Shown here: piece after piece, positions 55,315 through 64,000 of the stretch
How the letters are laid out: each line of letters opens with the position of its first letter
How positions within the stretch are numbered: the first letter of the stretch is position 1
NCBI GenBank assembly: GCA_964016885.1
Contig: OZ024749.1
Span: 30,070,001 to 30,134,000, forward strand
Reading direction: 5' to 3'
Length of the DNA stretch: 64,000 nt
Source of the DNA: Eledone cirrhosa
Taxonomy: Eukaryota
Position numbers and translations under genes: made by a program
Notes under the pieces: generated by a model
What the model saw: only the letters and a program-made list of their open reading frames with translations
Database searches by the model: none
What the model was told of the DNA's origin: nothing

Positions 55315-55532
55315 CATGTCCTCATGAAAAACTCAGAGCTGTATGGGAGCATCCCAAAAGTCAGCTCAAAAGTGACACAGAGGAGACTGTGGTTGGCTGG
55401 ACATGCTCACCGACATCCAGAGTTGACATTGCACTCAGTGCTCCTGTGGGAACCCCTACATGGACACACTAGAAGAGGAAGACCAAGGTTAACGTATGTT
55501 GATGCCCTAAAGACAGACACTGGTCTGTTGGA
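55315..55532 (+). mobile_element. RTE-superfamily LINE C-terminal fragment
   Basis: NSELYGSIPKVSSKVTQRRLWLAGHAHRHPE...[25 protein letters not shown]. Confidence 0.8.
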
Positions 55533-55533
55533 G

Positions 55534-55584
<51 letters not shown>

Positions 55585-56172
55585 CATATATATATTCATA
55601 CACACACATACACACTTACACATATATATATATATTTATACATACCTATACATATATCCACACATACATATATGTACATATAGCAGATTATCTATTGTAT
55701 AATATTGTTTGTATGTGTGTGTGTCTGTGTGTGAGTCTGTGTGTGAGCGTGTGTTTGTGTGTGTGTGTGTATATACATCGATATAATGGACTTCTATCAA
55801 AGGTTTCTTTACAATAAACACATAAGGGACATTGGTGGAGACTTGATGTCTTATAACTGACATCAAATATTTATTGTTAATCAATAAGTCTTATTACGAC
55901 GCTAAAATACACTCCTTCCGTAGTAATCAAACGAACCATGTTTTGAAATTCAAATAAAATAAGATATAAAACTGTCTCTCATTTTTGTCTGCTTCTGAAT
56001 GAGCGTGTGTGTGTGTGTATACAGACACTCTCACACACACACAAACATATATATGCACACACACACATATTTATATATAAGTATATGTATATATATATAT
56101 ATATAAAGACTTAATTTTGTGTATGTCTGCTTGTTTATATGTATATATACATATATATATACATACATATGT

Positions 56173-56220
<48 letters not shown>

Positions 56221-57401
56221 ATTTATGTGCGCGTGTGTACGTCAGTGGCTGTGTTTAAGCATTGAAATTACTAACGAGAAAATTAATCTTCTAGAATCAA
56301 TAATGCTTAAACATAAACACATACAATCACACATACACATTCATACACACATTCGTACACATACGATCGCACATAGAGCACATACACACATATACATCCA
56401 CAATCACACACACAATCACACACATATTACACATCACATCACACACACATTCGCCCACAATGCTCCACACAACACATACATCACACTTACACACATATAC
56501 ACACAAACACACAACACAGACACATAAATCGCAGGAACACAATTATATACACACAACTAGGCACATAACACAGACACATGCATAAAAACACACACACACA
56601 TAGACACACGCACACACACAAACACAGACGCACGCAAAAATACAATTTACTGATCACACGTTACATGTAAAAAAAACAACAATAAGGGAAACAAATGTTG
56701 TATGAACAAATAAAATATTAGTAATTTCAAGGTCAGCAGTCAAATATTGATATATTGATAAATGTATTCAATGTATATGTGCTGGACCTCCGTCAATTAC
56801 AACGACGAGTGTTCCAGTTCATTTGATCAACTGAACTGCATGCTCAGTAAGACAGCTCTTATCTCGATTAATAATTGTTTTGTTTTTTTAGAAAAATACA
56901 GAACATTCGCTTACTCTCGGTTATAAAAGTTGCTAATTTAAGATATATTATGTATATAGATACATAATATATCTTAAATTTTATGGCCCTGGCTCTTAAT
57001 AATCTACAATTCAAAATAATTTTCAACTTTATTCAAATCACTAAATAATTGTCTGTGATCAGGTGGTTTTTCATGTCGATGAGAAGGACTTTTATCCATT
57101 TATTCCGTTCCATTTTCAAAGAAATATGTCTGCATATATTTAAGTCTTCTTAAGATTTCATGAATTTGTCATTGTCGCTGTTTTACGATAAGACATTTGG
57201 GATTCAAATGATTGGAATGGAATGGCAAGGAATTGTTTATGATTAATGGGCAAGTTTAATGTTGCTAAGTTACGAATGTACATTGTAGACTTACGTCAAA
57301 AGAGGTCCCAATTCGCAAATGGTCAAGTTACTTTTCGAAATTTGTAGTATCACACAAGGTCTGTTATGAGGAGAGTGATTATTAAGGCATTGAAAATTGC
57401 A

Positions 57402-57474
<73 letters not shown>

Positions 57475-57509
57475 TTCTTTCGTCACAAAAACAAAGAAAA
57501 GAATACCCA

Positions 57510-57552
57510 GTCGCTGAAGAGGTCACAGAATGTGTGACGAAAGAACTTTGAC
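57510..57552 (+). ncRNA. Minimal type I hammerhead motif
   Basis: gtcg-CTGAAGA-g-gtcaca(gaatg)tgtgac-GAAA-GAAC-TT-tgac. Preceded by a short inverted copy (tctttcgtcaca, about 57476-57487) at a (TA)n junction. Confidence 0.68.
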
Positions 57553-58978
57553 AATATATGAACAATCGTCTGGTTGTGGAACCAACCAACCAACCGGAAA
57601 TTTATAAATTCCTAAATTTATAAATTTAATTTATAATAAATTGAAGTGAAAGCAATTGGTGCGTGTGTTTCTTATTGGCAACATGACCCTCTCAAAGCAT
57701 AACAATATATATATATATAATATAGCTTTTCGAATGATCAATACTAGACCAGGCAACATAGAAAATAAATGAAGCATTCAAGAATGACAATTTCTATATT
57801 TATATATATCCTTCTCTCTCTCTCTCTTTCTCTCTCGCCAGTGCCGCGACATCGTCAGACAGCTTGTTACATAATAAGGTTATGTTTCCGAGGCAATCCA
57901 AATTGAATCGACATGGGAACGGACGAAGTGTGTGCTCTTGGATTCTTCGTCCGTTCCCTTGTGAGTACCAATTCACCCCCACCGGTCTGCGCAGGCGCAG
58001 GTCCGAAGGAAGTTGACCATTAGCTACCGCAGAGTTCAACGAAATTTGCCTAGGCAGTTCCCCCTCTCAACCAAACAATGACCTATTCAGGCCTGTAATA
58101 TATAGCTTACTGCTAGTCAGTGGGTTGGGAGAGTGTGAGTATCAATAGGTCTCAATACCACCCCACATGGACAGTATAATTGACCATCAACCTCTAAGAG
58201 AAAATATACTTAATTCTAGGTATTATGGTTTGACAGTGGAAATTATGAATGAGAGTTGGCAATTAAAACTAAAAATTAAAAATCGAAAATCAGAAATCGA
58301 AAAATAAAATTTAAAATTTAAAAATTAAAAAAAATTTACAAGTGAGAATCTAGATTGAAGTGAGTAAAAAAATATGTGCACCTATACTATCTACTACGTA
58401 GGGGGGTGTTTAAGTAAGAATTTTTGATAGGGGTATTAATGTTACAGATATATTATCTACATACTGAACGATAGTACCATACAGTAGAACGGAGGGTAAA
58501 TTAGAGTATGAAACGTAGTAGTTAGGCGGGTTCATAGTTAGAATTTCCACCACATGGAACAACCCCCCCCCCCTAAAAAAACCCATATAAAACACACACA
58601 AAAAAACCACACAAGAAATATCCAATAAATACAAAAAATACATACAGTACATATATGCAAAATGAGATAGGAGATACATGATTAATATAATTGTCAATTT
58701 GTCCATATATAGATTGAATTGAGGGGCTTCTGTTCAAATGCAATTTGGTGCAGGAAAATAGGGGCTTATCGTTGTTTTTGTTTCCGCGTATTTATCCTGC
58801 CGAAAGTTAGTTTTATGTCCGTCCAGTATCAGGGATTTCCATCCCCATGGTAGAGGGAATTTCCAGGTGTAGCTTGTGGCTGGTTCCTCTCTTCTCCACT
58901 ATATCGGTTACATCATAGAGCGCTCAACAACTAATTGGAGCTAAATTCTTGAACATCTGAAACTACTTCGCTTTTCCT

Positions 58979-59029
<51 letters not shown>

Positions 59030-59154
59030 CTATATTATATTTAGAGATTAAACTCTTAGTCGTTTACATATATATATATATATATATTTTTTTTTTTTAC
59101 AGGACGATCGACTTTCGTCAAATCGGACCGAGGGAACAATGTTTCCGTTGGTCT

Positions 59155-59309
59155 TTCCAATTGCTAATACTATCTATCGGTCGCAACTCCAGGTAGAAGG
59201 AACAACGTGAAATAAAGTGTCTTGCTCAAGGACATAACGCATCGCCTGGTCCAGGAATCGAACTCACAACCTTACGATTGCGAATCCGATTCTCTAACCA
59301 CTCAGCCAT

Positions 59310-59313
<4 letters not shown>
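59155..59313 (-). mobile_element. tRNA-derived SINE head and CORE-like segment
   Basis: Reverse strand: tggctgagtggttag...gagttcgattcc...tgtccttgagcaagacactttatttca. Confidence 0.7.
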
Positions 59314-59347
<34 letters not shown>

Positions 59348-59517
59348 ATGTGGGATTGTTTGTATGTATGCATACACGTGTGTATATCTATATCTTCGTG
59401 TGTTTATTCCTTGCTATATTGTTCAATATGTTTTCATCATAGACGTCTATAATCACTAATTAGACTCCCTCGAGTATCTTAAATTAATTTTCTTCCCTTG
59501 TTACATTCTTCGTTTGC

Positions 59518-59548
<31 letters not shown>

Positions 59549-60343
59549 ACTTTCCCTTCTTAACACTTGACACCCATTGATCTCCTCTCTCTTTCTCTCT
59601 CTCTCTCTTTCTCGCCCCTCTCTAAAGTACTTTCTGTCTGTACCCCTCTCTCCATCTCCCCCCCCACACTCTCTCTATTTCTCAAACTCTTACTCTCTCC
59701 CTCCCACTCTGTATCTTTCTCTCTGTATTATTTATGCGATTGTTTATTTTCCCCTCTCTCTATCTTCTTCCCTCCCTCCCGCTCTCTCTCTCCCCATGTC
59801 TCTCTTCCTCTATCTCTCTCCCTCTCTATATACGTATATTATTTGTGTAATCGTTTCTCCCCTCTCTCTCTCTCTCTCTCTCTCTCTTCATCTTTCTCGT
59901 CCTCTGTATCTCCCCCCCCCCGCTCTCTCTATCTTTCTTCCTCACCCTCTATATATCTCTATTTCTCTATCTATCTCTTACCCTCTCACTCTCTGAATCT
60001 CTATCTCTCTCTTTCCCTCTCTCTCTGTCTCTCTCTATTATCTATATGATAGTTTCTTTTCTTCTCTTATTACGTCCATCTTTATTTTAACCTATCATGT
60101 CTCGATCTCATATTATCGGCCATTATTCAAACGCTGATATTTATTAATCATCATTAAATTACTTTATCTCTCATCTCTCGTATCTTATCCATCATCTCTT
60201 ACCTACGTCTAACTCTTCGCTCGATTTAATATTCCCCGTCCTTATCTTTTTATCTATCTTTGCTTATTGATTTATCTCTCTCTATATATAATGTACATAT
60301 ATAAATGTATATATATTACTGTGTGTAAGTATATATATATATG

Positions 60344-60740
60344 GATAATAAAAGAAGGATGAATGGTTACTCATTTATTACGTTTATTGGTTGTTGACGC
60401 GCGTTTCCCTATTGATCAGCTCAAGGTTCGATCTGTATCGATCTAGCTCGACTCTGTAATCAATGGTTCGTCGAACCTCTGTGCTAGTAATTACTACCAC
60501 AGAGGTCTGAGGAGCCATTGATTACAGAGTCGGGCTAGATCGATACAGATCGAAGATCGAAGCTAGAGCTGATCAATAGTGAAACGCACGTCCCCAACAT
60601 ATAAACGTAATGAATGAGTAACCATTTGTCCTTGTTTTATTATACTACACTCTGTCTAGCTCTACACCTCGATACCGACATGAACCTAAACATCAAGTGC
60701 TCACCCGGGTGAACCTACAGTAACTCCGCGTTACAATCCC
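60344..60740. mobile_element. Diverged palindrome (centre near 60490) with a tail and a decayed long-stem-II HHR
   Basis: Centre is cctctgtg-ctagtaattactac-cacagagg. Plus arm has CTGAGGA (60507) ...GAAA-CGCACG-TC (60581); the left arm reads GAAACGCGCGTC. Confidence 0.72.
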
Positions 60741-60761
60741 TATATAGATATATCTTCCTGT

Positions 60762-61050
60762 GACGGCACGTGGCCTAGTGGTAAGGGTGTTGGATCTACG
60801 ATCACAATGTCGATGGTTCAATTCCTTGGTTGCATGTTGTGTTCTTGAGCAAAAGACTTCGTTTTACGTTGCTCCAGTATATTCAGCTGAAAATGAGTAC
60901 CAGCAAAAGCTGGGGGTTTAAGGCTGCGATGGACTGGCGTCCTGTCCAGGGGGGGGAGTCTTGTACTCTCAGTCGCTTCACGCCATGAAACTGGGATAAG
61001 TACTGGCCAAATGAACCTTCTGGCTTAAGACAGAATTTAGACTTTAGATA
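60762..61050 (+). mobile_element. Family B tRNA-derived CORE-like SINE, near full length
   Basis: A box tggcctagtgg, B box ggttcaattcc, tgtgttcttgagcaa, and a gcgatggactggcgtcctgtccagggg module. Confidence 0.8.
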
Positions 61051-62234
61051 TGTCTTCCTACATGATGCCCACACGCCCAACACTACCACCACCAACGCAG
61101 CCGCCGTCGCCGCAACCATCACCGCCGCCACCGCCGAAGTTTAATCTCACTTAGGTGAGATTAAACTTCAAAAAGAAGTGACCAAAAACACTCGTACGCT
61201 GATAATAAAGTCAACTATGTTAAATAGTATTTTTCCCCGAGAGGCTACACAGTGGAATCGGACCCAGGATATAACTATTGTGAAGTGATCTTCTTAAGGA
61301 TACCGCGATGTTGCCCCCCACAGGTTACGGGAAGGGTATTCGGAATGTCTTAAACACAAGATAGTGTATCACGACTGTGATAATGCCAGAATGGATTAAA
61401 GACAACACCAAAGATTGTGATAGTGATAGAATGGGTTAAATACAACACCAAAGACAGTGCTAGTGACAGAAGGATAAAATAGCTCTATATTTGGGTTAAA
61501 CACCTACCACGATTGTGATAGTCTGTTTTCAGCTGAAATTTATCTTATTATTCCAATATTTCCGAAAGCCATAAATTTTATCAACAGTTTTCCGACCCAA
61601 TAACATTTTGTGAGACGTGCCTTTAATTTACTTCGATCTGAACGGATCTATGTTCAATCCTCCGGGTATTGATTAAATTCTTCTTCTTCTTGTTTCTGTA
61701 GTTATTTTTAATTTGCTTTACATTCATACAAGCTATCACTATGTTACAACCAGTGACCTGAGAAACCAAGTTCCGCCTAGTTTAGAATAGAAAAAAAAAG
61801 AGAAAAATTAGATGTTTACACTTGTGAGATATTTATATTGACAGAATTTTCCTTAGTATATGGGCAGTTACTATTAATACTATCTTTTGTATTCTTTCTA
61901 TACGTGGGTGTCCTGGAGTTTGGGATATATAATCATTAGCCCAGTTAGGTATAATTCCTTCAGCGCATGCGACCAATGGTATGGTTTTACCTCTCCCCAG
62001 CTGTTACTTGGCCCAATTTTTTTAAAAATTGGTTCATCGTATCAAATTATTTCTCAATGACGGTTATATTAAATGCTGCACTCTAACCAACCTAGTCGTA
62101 ATTTTCCTATTCACGAACAACAAACTAACACAATTAATTGGGAGAGCTGAAGAGTACTAACATGTTTCTAATTTTAATGTTTTTAATATATTGGACAATT
62201 GGTAATATTTAATTTTGGGAATAGCTTGTCTATC

Positions 62235-62420
62235 TGTCTCGCATTGGTCGCCGTCGAGACCTCAAGTTTACTTGGATCCGGTACAGCCGAGTTCTTCCGC
62301 AAGGTTGGATTGTCGGTGGCCCGTCTGGGGAAGGAGCCCCACGAGGTTGGATGGCTGTTGCAGCGGGTGTCGCTGCGGGAATGCTTTTGCAGTCTTGTCC
62401 GCGGGGCGCAGTCCTTTTGC
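62235..62420 (+). mobile_element. CRE-like non-LTR retrotransposon C-terminal remnant
   Basis: ALVAVETSSLLGSGTAEFFRKVG...GKEPHEVGWLLQRVSL followed by a frameshifted RGNA-like segment. Confidence 0.65.
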
Positions 62421-62599
62421 CCCCATGCTCTACGCCCAAAGCCCTATCACTCTCCCTCTTCACCCCTCCACTCTCTTCTGCGACACCAGAGTTCTTACCA
62501 CCCCCCTTCCTATTCTTTTTTTTCCTTCTCTCTTTTTTTCTCTATATTTTCCTATTCTTTTTTCTTGTTTCCTTTTCTTATTTTCTTATTGTTGTTGTT

Positions 62600-64000
62600 G
62601 TTGTAGTTATTATTATTATTATTATTATTGTTCTTTGAGTCTCAGTCATTGATGTTAGATAACTGGAAAGTTTGTTGAAATGAATATCAAGCCACTACCT
62701 GCAGCCTCAGATATTCAGGACGTATCGGAGGGTTCTTGCTGTTCCCAGCAAGCATGCCTTTTGAAGCGTTCCAAAAAGCGTGGCGGGGCCAATTTTCTTT
62801 AACCATCCCTGGAAACTTTTTGAGATAGTACCTAGTGCGCCTATGACAATCGGGACCACTTTGACTTCATGGCAGTTCCAAATCCTTTTTACCTCCTACT
62901 TTAAGTCCTGGTATCGGTTAATTTTCTCCCTCTCCTTCTCTTCCACTCTCGTGTCGAATGGGCAGGCCACATCCACAATCAGGCAAGATCTTTTTTCTTT
63001 GTCCAAAACCACCAGGTTAGGTCTATTGTGTTCCAGTTTCTTGTCTGTCTGTATCCTAAAATCCCACAGCACCTTCACCTGATCATTTTCTATCACCGAC
63101 TCTAGCTTATGCTCATACCACTTCTCAGAATGTGGTAAATTGTTTACTTTGCATAGGTGCCAGTGGATCATCCTGCCCATCACATCATGTCTCCAGCCCT
63201 TATAGTGTGTCTGGGCTAGGTGTTTACACTCGGATACAATGTGAGCCACAGTCTCCTCTCTCTCTCCACAGATCCTGCATAGTGGGCTAGCCTCCTCCTT
63301 GTAAATATGGTGTTTCAACCACTTCGTTTTGATGGCCTGCTCTTGCGCAGCCATTAGCATTCCTTCTGTAGCCTTTTTAAGGTCTCCTCTTTTCAACCAG
63401 TTCCATGTCTGTGGATCTCTGAATTCAGTTTTCTCAAAGAAGGTACTATGAAGGGATTTTTCATGAAGGCTGCTCTTTCTCCTTGTTGTTATTTCCTCCT
63501 TGGACATCCCCTGGTCTATTGTCCTCTCCTTCAGTACAATTCTGAGCATTGGCTCCTTACTATCAGTCACGTATTTGTGTAGGTTATTTTTCTCCATCTG
63601 AACACAGTCCTCTATGCTGATAAGACCTCTTCCACCTTCAGATCTCCTTAAGTAGAGTCTATCGACATCACTCCTCTTGTGGAACCTGTTGTAGATAGTC
63701 AATAGCTTCCTAGTCTTCCTATCCATTTCTTTTTGTTCAGCAACATTCCATCTCAGAATTCCAGCACTGTACCTAATAATAGACACAGCTCGGGAATTTA
63801 CTGCATTTATGGCATTCCTACTGTTCAGATGTGACTTTAATACGCTCCTTACTCTCCGAATGTATTCAGATCTTATCAATTCCTTCATTTCTTTGTTCTT
63901 GATGTCATCAGCCTCCAGAACACCTAAATACTTGTATCCTTCTTCAGTGTCAATTTCCTTTATCATCTCACCTGTTGTAACCTGGATTCCGTTGCTTCTG
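62600..64000 (-). mobile_element. R4/Dong-clade non-LTR retrotransposon, 3' part (RT end, CCHC knuckle, restriction-like endonuclease), pseudogenised; continues past the window end
   Basis: Motifs YKYLG, CRICGEREETVAHIVSEC, RHD, LWDF, RPNL (catalytic PD changed to PN) and IVDVACP. After the in-frame stop at 62896-62898 the frame continues VPIVIGALG...LQKACLLGTARTLR to TGA at 62707-62709. The 3' end joins (TAA)n. Confidence 0.93.

Overview
AT-rich, microsatellite-dense eukaryotic DNA. The SINE and (TA)n landscape suggests a cephalopod such as Octopus, which is an inference. The only host gene is a minus-strand class A neuropeptide-type GPCR: four phase-compatible coding exons (38040-37747, 24928-24807, 8139-8016, 6657-6455) encode TM1-TM5, and I found no TM6-7 exon in the window. 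The rest is repeat-derived: tRNA-headed SINEs (solo, tandem and inverted), R4/Dong, CRE and RTE LINE remnants, a 5'-truncated Penelope-like element (PLE; RT plus GIY-YIG), three minisatellites and long TA/TG tracts. The main hidden signal is about 25 type I hammerhead ribozyme (HHR) motifs or remnants from a dozen or more dissimilar sequence families. Most lie in the arms of long palindromes (PLE pseudo-LTR-like) inserted in (TA)n tracts. Four families have a compensatory U3-A8 core (TTGANAA) instead of CTGANGA, one has a fixed U4A core, and one has a fixed GCAA in place of GAAA. The element tails share a YATYGAGTNC motif, and a 66-bp minisatellite is an amplified HHR 3' half. All folds were read by eye and none is shown to be active. 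Nearly all long ORFs in the supplied track are microsatellite artefacts.
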